Shown: positions 28,750-37,812, counted from the stretch's first letter. The stretch: DNA of 64,000 nt from an uncultured Bacteroidales bacterium (GCA_947302205.1 CAMYVD010000004.1:4218-68217); one strand, 5' to 3'. Translations and numbers: made by a program. The notes: generated by a model from the letters alone, not told the origin.

Positions 28750-30150
28750 TCAACTTTGTTTCAAGTGCTCCACAAATTCGTCGATGCGTTGCATCTCGCT
28801 GGCGATGGCGATCTTTTGCGGGCAGTGTGACTCGCACTGATGGCATCCGATGCAGTGGCTGGCCTGGCGTTCATAAGGAACCTTCTCGTCATAGCTCTTG
28901 AGGAAAGCTCGGCGATTGCGGCGGTACTCCACGGCTTCAGGATTGCCAGCGGGCATGTTGCCCTCGGTGATGCAGTCGTTGTAATGCGCAAAGATGGCAG
29001 GGATGTTCAGGCCGTAAGGGCAGGGCATGCAATAGTTGCAGGCAGTGCAGGGCACGGTCTTCAGCTTCACGAACTCCTCGGCGATTTTCATCAGGAGCTC
29101 GTTTTCCTCCTCGGTGATGGGACGCAATGGCGAGTAGGTGGCCACATTCTCCATCAGATGCTCCATATAGGTCATGCCGCTCAAAACCACCAGCACGCCT
29201 TCGGGAGTGCCGGCGAAACGGAAAGCCCAACGTGCCACGGGGGTCTCGGGCTCACGCTCCTTCATCTGCCGGACGATGTAGTCGGGCTGTTTGGCGAGAC
29301 GGCCTCCGAGCAGCGGCTCCATGATGACAGCGGGGATGCCACGGCGATGCAACTCGTTGTAGAGATAAACGGCGTTGACGTTGTCCGAATCGATGACATG
29401 GGCGTAGTTCCAGTCAGCGTAATTCAGCTGAATCTGCACGAAGTCCCAGTGGTAGCGACCCTCGTCGTGCCAGCGCAGCATGGTGTCGAACACCTCAACG
29501 TCGCCATGGAAGGAGAACCCTAAGTTGCGGATGCGACCGGCTTGCTTTTGCTCCACCAACCAGTCAAGGATGCCGTTGTCGATGAAGCGGGCATTGAACA
29601 TCTCCATGCAACCCAACTCGTCGTTTGATCCGCCGATGCTGTGCAGCAGCAGGTAGTCGACGTAGTCGGTGCGCAGATACTTCAAAGAGTTCTCGAACAT
29701 GGCTTTGGAGGCCTCGGCACCCCAGGTGGAAGGGCTGAAGTTCGACAATTTGGTGGCGAGGTAATAGCTGTTGCGTGGGTGCCGTGAGAGGGCGATACCG
29801 GTGGCTTCTTCCGAATGGCCTCGGGTGTAGACCGGAGAGGTGTCGAAGTAGTTGACACCGTGCTCGAGGGCGTAGTCGATCTCCTCGTTCACCATCTCTT
29901 GGTCAATCTGGGCATTGGGATTGTCGCGGAAGGTAGCTCCGTCAACCATCGGGAGGCGCATCATGCCATAGCCTAGCAACGACACTTTATCGCCGCTGTT
30001 GGGGTTGATGCGGTAGGTCATCTCTCCTTGGCCGTCGATGACGTCGGTAGGAGTGACCCCAGGGTTGTTATTTGATTTACAGGCGGAGAGCACCACCGAG
30101 GTTGCCACGGCGGCACCGCCCATCTTCTTTATGAAATCTCTTCTTTTCAT
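28750..30150 (-). CDS. Tat-exported aldo/keto reductase lipoprotein with a C-terminal 4Fe-4S dicluster domain
   Basis: Twin-arginine signal MKRRDFIKKMGGAAVATSVVLSAC. AKR tetrad context FDTSPVY / ATK / LLHS. C-terminal CTACNYCMPCP and CIGCHQCESHCP. Confidence 0.75.
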   Translation of the reverse strand: MKRRDFIKKMGGAAVATSVVLSACKSNNNPGVTPTDVIDGQGEMTYRINPNSGDKVSLLGYGMMRLPMVDGATFRDNPNAQIDQEMVNEEIDYALEHGVNYFDTSPVYTRGHSEEATGIALSRHPRNSYYLATKLSNFSPSTWGAEASKAMFENSLKYLRTDYVDYLLLHSIGGSNDELGCMEMFNARFIDNGILDWLVEQKQAGRIRNLGFSFHGDVEVFDTMLRWHDEGRYHWDFVQIQLNYADWNYAHVIDSDNVNAVYLYNELHRRGIPAVIMEPLLGGRLAKQPDYIVRQMKEREPETPVARWAFRFAGTPEGVLVVLSGMTYMEHLMENVATYSPLRPITEEENELLMKIAEEFVKLKTVPCTACNYCMPCPYGLNIPAIFAHYNDCITEGNMPAGNPEAVEYRRNRRAFLKSYDEKVPYERQASHCIGCHQCESHCPQKIAIASEMQRIDEFVEHLKQS

Positions 30151-30179
30151 TCTGACTCCTGACTTCTAAATTCTGATTT

Positions 30180-31562
30180 TTAATCCTTTTGGTGAACGGT
30201 GTTTCCTTCGACGTAGATGGCGCTGAATGGCCTTGAGGGACATAGATTCTCACAGGCACCGCAGCCGATGCATTTGTTTTCGTTGACGGCAGGCACCATG
30301 ACCGTCTGGCCATTGTGCTGGTATTCCACCATCTGGATGGCTCCAGTGGGGCAGTGGCGGGCGCAGTTGCCGCAGCTGACACCGTCAGTGAGTACCACGC
30401 AGTTGTCTTTCACCCAAACGGCGTGGCCTGCATGGATGGCAGTCTTCTCCTCCTTGGTGATCGGCTTGATGGCACCAGCAGGGCAGACTTGGCTGCAGTG
30501 GGTACATTCAGGACGGCAGTAGCCTACCTCGAACGACATGGTGGGCTGCATGAAACGGTTCAGGTCGGTTGAGGGACGCAACACATGGTTGGGGCAAGCC
30601 GAAATGCAGAGTTGGCAAGCAGTGCAGTGTTGCTGGATGTGACGTGCTGAGATGGATCCGGGAGGTGTCAATGGGGTTTCACGCTTGGGAGCCTGTTTTT
30701 CGGTGATGACCGCCAGTCCGCCGTCCACCTTCATCTGGGTTTGGGCCATGGCTGCAGTGCCAGTGGCTATGGCTGCACCGACCAGGAACGAGCGACGGCC
30801 TTGGTCAGGCTCGCTTGATGCGTCATGGGCCGGTTTCGTGGCTGAATATTTCAACGCGTCAAACTTGCACTGTGCCGTGCAATCACCACAAACCACGCAA
30901 CGGGAATAATCCACGGTGCCGTTCTTGACATCGATGGCGCGAGCCTTGCAGTTCTTCTCGCAGAGACCGCAGTGCTTGCATTTGTTCTCGTCAATACGCA
31001 CTCTAAAGAGAGAGAAACGGGAGAAGAAGCTGAGGATGGTTCCTACGGGACAAATCGAGTTGCAGTAGGCGCGGCCATAAAGGAAAGCCAAAACGCCGAG
31101 CACCAACATCACCACCCAAGCGATGATGGAGACGGTGACATTGCGCATATAAAAACTGGTGACGATACGGCCGTAGGTGCTGTATGGGGCAAGCAAGGTG
31201 GTCACTGGCGCGAAACCAATGATGAGGCAAATGATGAACAGTGCCAAAACGCTGTAACGGAGCCATTTGTGCTCTTTTACATAGTTAAAGCGGTTTTTCT
31301 TGAACTTGCCGCCAAGCCAGCTGTAAATGTCTTGCATGATGCCCAATGGGCAGATCACGCTGCAGTAGATCCTGCCAAAGAGCAGGGTGAGGATGAGCAG
31401 GGCGGCCACCACGATGAAGTTCATGGCCAACAGTGCCGGTAGGAACTGGATCTTGGCTGCCCATCCAATCCATCGGTCAATGCCGTAGCCGACCCCCACA
31501 AAGAGCAGGGTGATCACCAATATCATGATGACGGCCAGTGTGATTCGGAGCTTTTTTAACAT
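30180..31562 (-). CDS. Membrane polyferredoxin, apparent NapH-like plus NapG-like fusion
   Basis: N-terminal TM helices with two CxxxCP motifs (CSVICPLG and CNSICPVG). Two CxxCxxCxxxC clusters, an internal GRRSFLVGAAIATGTAAMAQ segment, then four more Cys clusters. Confidence 0.7.
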   Translation of the reverse strand: MLKKLRITLAVIMILVITLLFVGVGYGIDRWIGWAAKIQFLPALLAMNFIVVAALLILTLLFGRIYCSVICPLGIMQDIYSWLGGKFKKNRFNYVKEHKWLRYSVLALFIICLIIGFAPVTTLLAPYSTYGRIVTSFYMRNVTVSIIAWVVMLVLGVLAFLYGRAYCNSICPVGTILSFFSRFSLFRVRIDENKCKHCGLCEKNCKARAIDVKNGTVDYSRCVVCGDCTAQCKFDALKYSATKPAHDASSEPDQGRRSFLVGAAIATGTAAMAQTQMKVDGGLAVITEKQAPKRETPLTPPGSISARHIQQHCTACQLCISACPNHVLRPSTDLNRFMQPTMSFEVGYCRPECTHCSQVCPAGAIKPITKEEKTAIHAGHAVWVKDNCVVLTDGVSCGNCARHCPTGAIQMVEYQHNGQTVMVPAVNENKCIGCGACENLCPSRPFSAIYVEGNTVHQKD

Positions 31563-31597
31563 GAGTTAGCAGTTTGAAGTTGGGAGTTGGGAGTTGA

Positions 31598-32974
31598 TTA
31601 GTTAATTAGGAGTTTTTTGGAAATGGTTTTGGAGCCTTGTTTTATAACGGCGATGTATAAACCGGGCTTCAATGATTGGGTGTTGACACGTTGTCCGGTG
31701 ATGGTGTAGAGGGTGGTTGTTGACGGGTCAAGGTTGTTGATGTCAATGTCGATGAAGCTTTCTTCCACGCCTTCGCTTCCAACATAAGGATAGAAAGTGA
31801 CGAGGCCGAGGCTCGGGTCGTCCACTTGATGGTAGATTTGTGATTCTATGAAATCGTAAATCGTTGTTCCCCAATAATTTCCAACAGCAGTGATGTTACA
31901 AGCGGAGTTGTTGTACAAGTCGTATACCGATCCGCCGTTCATGTTGTCACGGATTACGTTGCGCCCCCAATCGTCTTCAGTTCCCAAGTCGATGTCGTGG
32001 AGGTTGATGGCGGTGATGCCCCATAAATTGCCTGTAATCACATTATCGCGCAAGATGGCTTTATTGTTTGTGGTGGAACCATAGATGGAGATGCCGCTAC
32101 CGCCGTTCATCGGGTTGTCCTCGTTGTTATTGTCGATGAACTGGTTTCCAATAATGACCGACGAGATGTTGGCACCCTGTTGGTTGTAGCCGTAACGACC
32201 GTCTCTGATTTCATTGTCCTTCAAGAGCACTTTGGTGGTCCCGACGCCCATGAGATCGGCTATGGAGATGCCTCCGGTATGGTATTGGGCCCAACGGTCG
32301 TAGATGTCGTTGCCGACAATGCGGATGGTGTCGTCACTACCGGGACCGAGGTTGATTTGAGGGCTGTTGAAGCCATTCACGTTGGCATCGAAAGTGTTGT
32401 TCAGGATTTGCGGAGAGCTTTGGCCATTGGCAGGAGAACTGATGGCGGCACCTTCATTGTCTTGGAAATAACAGTTTTTGATGATAGGGTCGCAGTTGAA
32501 GACATCGATGACCGCGTTGCAGTAATCGCGGGTGAAATACAAGAACTTCACGTCGTCGAAAGTCACGTCGGATTCGATGACCTTAATGCCGGCGCCATCA
32601 GAAAAATACAACCATTTGAGGTTGCAGCCGGTAGCGTTCTCGAACCTCATGCTGAAATGCTCCGTTTGGTTCAAGCCAAAAAGGCCTACTCGGTCGATGG
32701 TATTGGTGCTGACCATGGAGCCGTTGATGGAGATGAGTATTTCAGCGGCATAAATACGCGTCACTTGATTGTCAATCTTCAATACGTCGTTGGCGGAAAT
32801 GGTGAGGTCTTGGTGGATGGTGAAAATCGTTCCATCGTTGGTGACCACGCCTTCGGTGACATCGACGAGATCGGGTAGGGTGTAGGTGGTGCCGTCGCCG
32901 GGACTGACCCATTGGGCCTTTAATGAAGTTGCTAAACTGATGATTAACAGTAGGATGGGTAAAATTCTTTTCAT
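31598..32974 (-). CDS. Secreted right-handed parallel beta-helix repeat protein with a probable T9SS C-terminal domain
   Basis: Signal peptide. Repeated ..N.I..N.. beta-helix rungs. C-terminus ..LYTITGQRVNTQSLKPGLYIAVIKQGSKTISKKLLIN. Confidence 0.55.
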   Translation of the reverse strand: MKRILPILLLIISLATSLKAQWVSPGDGTTYTLPDLVDVTEGVVTNDGTIFTIHQDLTISANDVLKIDNQVTRIYAAEILISINGSMVSTNTIDRVGLFGLNQTEHFSMRFENATGCNLKWLYFSDGAGIKVIESDVTFDDVKFLYFTRDYCNAVIDVFNCDPIIKNCYFQDNEGAAISSPANGQSSPQILNNTFDANVNGFNSPQINLGPGSDDTIRIVGNDIYDRWAQYHTGGISIADLMGVGTTKVLLKDNEIRDGRYGYNQQGANISSVIIGNQFIDNNNEDNPMNGGSGISIYGSTTNNKAILRDNVITGNLWGITAINLHDIDLGTEDDWGRNVIRDNMNGGSVYDLYNNSACNITAVGNYWGTTIYDFIESQIYHQVDDPSLGLVTFYPYVGSEGVEESFIDIDINNLDPSTTTLYTITGQRVNTQSLKPGLYIAVIKQGSKTISKKLLIN

Positions 32975-33024
32975 GCTTGAATCGGTTTTGCTTTTTTAAA
33001 AGCCAAAGATACATGTTTTTTCCC

Positions 33025-33032
33025 TATTTTTG
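33025..33032 (+). promoter_or_regulatory. -7 box TATTTTTG
   Basis: Matches TAnnTTTG, 20 nt upstream of the ATG at 33052. Confidence 0.4.
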
Positions 33033-33051
33033 CAAATAAAGAAAAAGCAAT

Positions 33052-34212
33052 ATGTCACGAATTCTAATCATTGACGACCAGGATCCCATCCGCCGCGTGC
33101 TGCGCGACATCTTGGAGAATGAGAAATATCAGGTGGATGACGCTGCCAATGGCCCTGCTGCCCTTCAAATGCTGAAAGAGCAAGAGTACGATGCCATTTT
33201 GTGCGACATCAAGATGCCTGACATGGACGGCATCGAGGTGCTTGAACAGGTGAAAGCCACGAACGACACGCCTGTCATCATGATTTCAGGTCACGGCACG
33301 ATCGATACGGCTGTGGATGCCATCAAGAAAGGCGCCTTCGATTTCATCCAGAAGCCGCCCGATTTGAACCGTTTGCTCATCACCGTGCGCAATGCCCTCG
33401 ACAAGCAGAGTCTCAGCACGGAGAACAAGGCCTTGAAGAAAGCCGTCAGCAAGCAGAATGAGATGGTGGGCACCTCGGCACCCATGATGGAGGTACGCGA
33501 CATGATTGAGAAGGTGGCACCTACGAACGCCCGTGTGCTCATCACCGGAGAAAACGGCACCGGCAAGGAGTTGGTGGCCCGTCAGCTCCATGAACTCAGC
33601 CCACGCCGCTATGGTCCTTTCATCGAGGTCAACTGTGCAGCCATCCCTGCAGAACTTATTGAAAGCCAATTGTTCGGCCATGAAAAGGGTTCGTTCACCT
33701 CAGCCATCAAGCAAAAGAAAGGCGACTTCGAACTGGCCAATGGAGGTACCTTGTTCCTTGACGAAATCGGTGACATGAGTTTGGCAGCCCAAGCCAAGGT
33801 GTTGCGTGCCTTGCAAGAAAACAAGATCATCCGTGTAGGTGGCGAGAAAGAGATACCGGTGGACGTGCGCATCGTTGCAGCCACCAATAAAGACCTGCGC
33901 AAGATGATTGAGGAGAACGCTTTCCGCGAGGACTTGTACCATCGTTTGAGCGTCATCGTGGTGCATGTGCCGCCGTTGAGAGACCGTAAGGATGACATTC
34001 CGTTGCTGGTGGGTAGTTTTGTGGAGACCATCGCCCAGAATATGGGCAAGGCTGCTCCAGCCTTTACCGACGAGGCTTTGGAGGAACTCAAGAATTACCA
34101 GTGGACGGGCAACATCCGTGAACTTCACAACATCGTTGAGCGCTTGGTGATCCTTTGCGGAAACACCATCACGAAGGAAGATGTCATCCAGTTCGGGAAC
34201 CCGCTGAAATAA
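33052..34212 (+). CDS. Sigma-54-dependent response regulator (REC plus AAA+), lacking a C-terminal HTH domain
   Basis: REC domain (ILIIDDQ.., ..CDIKMPDMDG). AAA+ motifs GENGTGKE, GHEKGSFTSA (GAFTGA-like) and FLDEIG. The protein ends right after the AAA+ lid, at 386 aa. Confidence 0.8.
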   Translation: MSRILIIDDQDPIRRVLRDILENEKYQVDDAANGPAALQMLKEQEYDAILCDIKMPDMDGIEVLEQVKATNDTPVIMISGHGTIDTAVDAIKKGAFDFIQKPPDLNRLLITVRNALDKQSLSTENKALKKAVSKQNEMVGTSAPMMEVRDMIEKVAPTNARVLITGENGTGKELVARQLHELSPRRYGPFIEVNCAAIPAELIESQLFGHEKGSFTSAIKQKKGDFELANGGTLFLDEIGDMSLAAQAKVLRALQENKIIRVGGEKEIPVDVRIVAATNKDLRKMIEENAFREDLYHRLSVIVVHVPPLRDRKDDIPLLVGSFVETIAQNMGKAAPAFTDEALEELKNYQWTGNIRELHNIVERLVILCGNTITKEDVIQFGNPLK

Positions 34213-34242
34213 AAAACACTTGCGGTGGAACGATTTTTGCTG

Positions 34243-34250
34243 TATTTTTG
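34243..34250 (+). promoter_or_regulatory. -7 box TATTTTTG upstream of ssrA
   Basis: Matches TAnnTTTG and ends 10 nt before the tmRNA 5' end. Confidence 0.5.
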
Positions 34251-34260
34251 CAGCGCTTTC

Positions 34261-34658
34261 GGGGGTGTATGGTTTTGACAGCAAGATGAATTGTCACGGA
34301 AGCATGCCGAGCCTTGCAGCGAAGCTCGTAAATCTTAACTGCAAAAAAGTAATTGGCGAAAATAACTACGCTTTCGCTGCCTGATCGAAGTACAGTAGAT
34401 CACTGGCTTAATCCGCTCACAAGGTGGGTGGACGAAACATCCCGCAGGTGGAGATGCCTGATTCCGGCCTGAGCACGGGGTGCTAATCAATTTCGGGATC
34501 GCCCGTTCGGAGCTTCGACGCACGGGTTAAATTTAGGAGATAAGGTCAGGTTTAGGGCGTTCGCTCCCTTGCCTGGCACGAAAACCAACAGCGGAATAAG
34601 CATGTAGAAACCTTGGGAGTTCCTTGTTTGGACGAGGGTTCGACTCCCTTCACCTCCA
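34261..34658 (+). ncRNA. ssrA: tmRNA (SsrA)
   Basis: The 5' GGGGGTG pairs with the 3' CACCTCC, including a G3:U pair. T-arm GGGTTCGACTCCC. Tag ORF GGC GAA AAT AAC TAC GCT TTC GCT GCC TGA at 34355-34384 gives (A)GENNYAFAA. Confidence 0.9.
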
Positions 34659-34670
34659 CAAATTGAACGC

Positions 34671-34705
34671 AAAACCCGTTGATTTTCAGCGGGTTTTTGA
34701 TTTTC
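34671..34705 (+). terminator. Rho-independent terminator after ssrA
   Basis: Stem aaaacccg/cgggtttt with loop ttgattttcag, followed by a T-rich tail. Confidence 0.7.
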
Positions 34706-34761
34706 TTTTGTCCATTAGACCAAAATTGATTATTTTTGCCAAAATAACTAATAATAGTAAT

Positions 34762-35481
34762 ATGATGAATTCCATGAAGTTAATGGCAGCCATAACCCTG
34801 ACCGTGGCGATGATGTTTGTTGCAGGATGTAAACCAGAAGAAACTCCTAATACTAGTGATGGCACATACAACGGCCATGAATATGTGGATTTAGGCCTGC
34901 CGAGCGGTACCCTGTGGGCGACTTGCAACGTTGGAGCGGATACTCCAGAAGGAACGGGCGACTTTTTCGCTTGGGGCGAGACCACGCCGAAGACCATCTA
35001 CAATTGGAGCACTTACCAGTACTGCAACGGCGGTGAGGGACTGAATACGCTCACCAAGTACTGCAATGATTTCAATTTCGGTTACAACGGCTTCACCGAC
35101 ACTTTAACCATGTTGCAGATGATGGACGATGATGCCGCCACGGCCAACTGGGGCGACGGTTGGTGCATGCCCACAACCGAACAATGGAGGGAACTCTACC
35201 TGAACACCACTCACACATGGATGGAGCAGAACGGAGTGAACGGCGGGTTGTTCACCGCTTCTAACGGCCACAGTCTCTTCTTGCCCGCTGTCGGCTACCG
35301 TTGGGACGACGTTCACAACAGTGCCGGCACCATCGGTTACTACTGGTCAAGCTCGTTAGATACCATCAGCCCCTACAATGCATGGAACTTCAACTTTAGT
35401 TCGGGCGGTTGCTACGTGTTCGACTACCCTCGGAGCGACGGTCGATCTGTCCGTCCGGTGCGCTCTTCGTCTCAGGACTAA
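34762..35481 (+). CDS. Lipoprotein, FISUMP/DUF1566-like domain
   Basis: I chose the start at MMNSMKLMAAITLTVAMMFVAGC, preceded by a -7 box TATTTTTG at 34731-34738. Contains ..GTLWATCNVGA..FFAWGE..GWCMPTTEQWRELY..LFLPAVGYR..GYYWSSS..SVRPVR. Confidence 0.5.
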   Translation: MMNSMKLMAAITLTVAMMFVAGCKPEETPNTSDGTYNGHEYVDLGLPSGTLWATCNVGADTPEGTGDFFAWGETTPKTIYNWSTYQYCNGGEGLNTLTKYCNDFNFGYNGFTDTLTMLQMMDDDAATANWGDGWCMPTTEQWRELYLNTTHTWMEQNGVNGGLFTASNGHSLFLPAVGYRWDDVHNSAGTIGYYWSSSLDTISPYNAWNFNFSSGGCYVFDYPRSDGRSVRPVRSSSQD

Positions 35482-35509
35482 CCTTTGTAACCGAAAAAAG
35501 AACCCGCCG

Positions 35510-37426
35510 ATGAAACGTCTTCTTTTGCCGATATTGCTTTTGGCAGTGCTGGTGATGCCCGCCCAGAACCCTTGGGTAGGGGGGCTCAACGCATGTCAGT
35601 TCGGGAGGATGGACTTCAACGAAGACGGGCGCAAAGACCTGATTGTGTTTGACCGGCACGGCGACAGGCTGCTGTGTTTCCTTAATCAAGGCTCGGAGGG
35701 TGAGATCCGTTATGAATATACCTCGGCTTACGATGCGGCTTTTCCGAAGTTGAATGCTTGGGCGGTGTTTGCCGATTACGACGGTGACGGCAAGGAGGAT
35801 CTCTTTACGTATTCCAAAGGCTGGGCTGGCATCAAAGTGTATCGCAATGTTTCGGTTCAGGGCCATCCGGAGTTTGAGCCGGTGGTCAGTCCGTATCTGA
35901 CTTCGTGGCAGGGTGGGGGCGAGGTGAACATCCTTGCCACCGACGCCGATTATCCGGCCATCGTGGACCTCGACGGTGATGGCGACTTGGATCTCTTGAC
36001 TTTCGGCGTGATGGGCACGTTCATCGAGAAGCACCTGAATCTTTCGATGGAACGTTATGGCTGCCGCGACTCGCTTACGTTTGAGCGTACAGACCAATGC
36101 TGGGGACGTGTGGCGGAGAACGACGAGAACAACGTGATGTATCTGGATACTTGCCTTTTCGGCTATGGCTTAACCGTTGCGAAAGACGATTTCCGACACC
36201 GTGGCGCAACGGTCACCGTAAGAGATATGAATGGCGACGGCTTGATGGATTTGCTCTTGGCCGATGTGGATTATCCTGGATTGACCTTGCTGACCAATGG
36301 CGGCGATGCCGACAATGCGCTGATGGTAAGCCAGACAGAGCGTTTTCCGCAATCATATCCCGTTCAACTGCCTTCGATGCCGGTGCCGTTCTTTACCGAT
36401 ATCAATAACGATGGCATTGACGATCTGTTGGTGTCGCCATTTGATCCCAACCTGATGGCTTCGGCAGGCACGGAAAGCGTATGGCTTTATCTGAATCATG
36501 GAACAAATGAAATTCCTGATTTTCAACTTTATACCAAGTCGTTTTTGCAAGATCAAATGATCGACATCGGCAAAGGCGCCTATCCGGTTTTCACGGATTG
36601 GGATGGAGATGGCTTGATGGATTTGAAGGTGAAGGATTTCGAGGGCGGGTTCACGGTGTTCAAGAACGTGGGGACGGCATTGCAGCCTGCCTTTGAACAG
36701 GTTTCCCAAGCTGAGGACGTGGCTTCGGAATGGACTGCACAGTGCTATTTCGACGTGGATCAAGATGGGCTGGTGGATTTGGTGGAAGGCAATGTAAACG
36801 GGAAGTTGACTTTCTATAAAGGCCATGCCAATGGCTTTGAATGGATTACGGATTTTTGGGGAGCGGTGGACGTTTGCGACCACAGCTCGTCCTACTACGG
36901 ATATAGTGTTCCCACCTTGTTTTGCTATCAGGACCAGTTGCTGCTTTGCGTGGGCTCCGAACAGGGAAAACTGTTCTTGTATCGGGTTTCAGAGGATGCC
37001 GCTTTTGAGGAGGTTGGTGATCTTTGGGAAGCGATTTGCCCTACGATGCCTGAATCGTTTGGGATCCATTCAGCGGCTGCCTTGGCGGATTTGAATGGAG
37101 ACGGTGTGCTCGAAGTGGTGGTGGGCAATTTTGCTGGTGGATTGCAACTGTTCAATGCGGAGATTCCCGTGAACAATCTTGGAATCTCGGAACAGCAGGA
37201 TGATTTGGAGGTGCTGGTTTTCCCCAATCCGGTTAGTTCTTCGCTGCATGTGATTTCGACGGGCTCTTCCTTGCGGATCATGGATTTGTGTGGAAGAATA
37301 GTAAGGGAGCAGGAAATCTCTTCTTCTGAAACCATCCTTGACGTTTCCGACCTGCCTTCTGGTGCCTATTTGCTCTCCTTGACTTTGTATCGCGGTTTGG
37401 TGAACCGGATCTTCCTCAAGCGGTAA
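35510..37426 (+). CDS. FG-GAP/VCBS repeat protein with a T9SS C-terminal sorting domain
   Basis: I chose the start at MKRLLLPILLLAVLVMPAQ. At least 8 Ca-binding-like DxDGDG/DxNxDG repeats. C-terminus ..VFPNPVSSSLHV..GAYLLSL... Confidence 0.75.
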   Translation: MKRLLLPILLLAVLVMPAQNPWVGGLNACQFGRMDFNEDGRKDLIVFDRHGDRLLCFLNQGSEGEIRYEYTSAYDAAFPKLNAWAVFADYDGDGKEDLFTYSKGWAGIKVYRNVSVQGHPEFEPVVSPYLTSWQGGGEVNILATDADYPAIVDLDGDGDLDLLTFGVMGTFIEKHLNLSMERYGCRDSLTFERTDQCWGRVAENDENNVMYLDTCLFGYGLTVAKDDFRHRGATVTVRDMNGDGLMDLLLADVDYPGLTLLTNGGDADNALMVSQTERFPQSYPVQLPSMPVPFFTDINNDGIDDLLVSPFDPNLMASAGTESVWLYLNHGTNEIPDFQLYTKSFLQDQMIDIGKGAYPVFTDWDGDGLMDLKVKDFEGGFTVFKNVGTALQPAFEQVSQAEDVASEWTAQCYFDVDQDGLVDLVEGNVNGKLTFYKGHANGFEWITDFWGAVDVCDHSSSYYGYSVPTLFCYQDQLLLCVGSEQGKLFLYRVSEDAAFEEVGDLWEAICPTMPESFGIHSAAALADLNGDGVLEVVVGNFAGGLQLFNAEIPVNNLGISEQQDDLEVLVFPNPVSSSLHVISTGSSLRIMDLCGRIVREQEISSSETILDVSDLPSGAYLLSLTLYRGLVNRIFLKR

Positions 37427-37812
37427 TTGATGGTGGCCTTGAAACGGTAGAGGAGGTCGCCTCCGATGATGCCGTCGATAGCGGGCAACCCTAGTTTCTG
37501 GTAGGTTTCGTGGATGTTTTCGAGGTCAAGGGCGACGGCTTCGTAATCGTGGATTTCGATGTCGCCGAAGGCCAATGATTTGATGGTGAAAGTGGAACTT
37601 TCGAGGTCGTTGCCGCCGACACCAGCGGTAATGCCGACTTTCTTTTCGAATGTAGGATGGTCGATATAGCGGCCAATGACATTGGGATCGAACACGGAGC
37701 GGGAGGCGCCTGTATCAACCAAAAAGTTGGCTTCCATGCCATTGATCTTGCCTTTGATCATGACGTGGAAGCCTTCTCCTTCGATGTCCAAGAGACGAAT
37801 GGGAATCTGCAT
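37366..37812 (-). CDS. Retropepsin-like aspartic protease (single domain)
   Basis: LVDTGASRSVF (D-T-G) and GIIGGDLL flap/dimer motifs. 148 aa with no signal peptide. Confidence 0.7.
   Translation of the reverse strand: MQIPIRLLDIEGEGFHVMIKGKINGMEANFLVDTGASRSVFDPNVIGRYIDHPTFEKKVGITAGVGGNDLESSTFTIKSLAFGDIEIHDYEAVALDLENIHETYQKLGLPAIDGIIGGDLLYRFKATINYRLRKIRFTKPRYKVKESK

Noticed and set aside
32985-33010. Sigma-54 -24/-12-like sequence (TTGGCTTTTAAAAAAGCA on the - strand) between the sigma-54 activator gene and the divergent redox operon.
   Set aside because: The GG-to-GC spacing is one nt too long and the -12 TTGC is missing. The same bases form a TATCTTTG housekeeping -7 box and a simple GCTTTT/AAAAGC palindrome.
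34624-34761. 5' extension of the 34624-35481 ORF into ssrA. Similar cases are ORF 38552-39238 and ORF 40986-41246, which overlap tRNA genes, and 19451-19795 and 35378-35509, which are extensions upstream of clear signal peptides or conserved N-termini.
   Set aside because: The extensions overlap RNA genes or terminators. Internal ATGs preceded by TAnnTTTG boxes give canonical N-termini.
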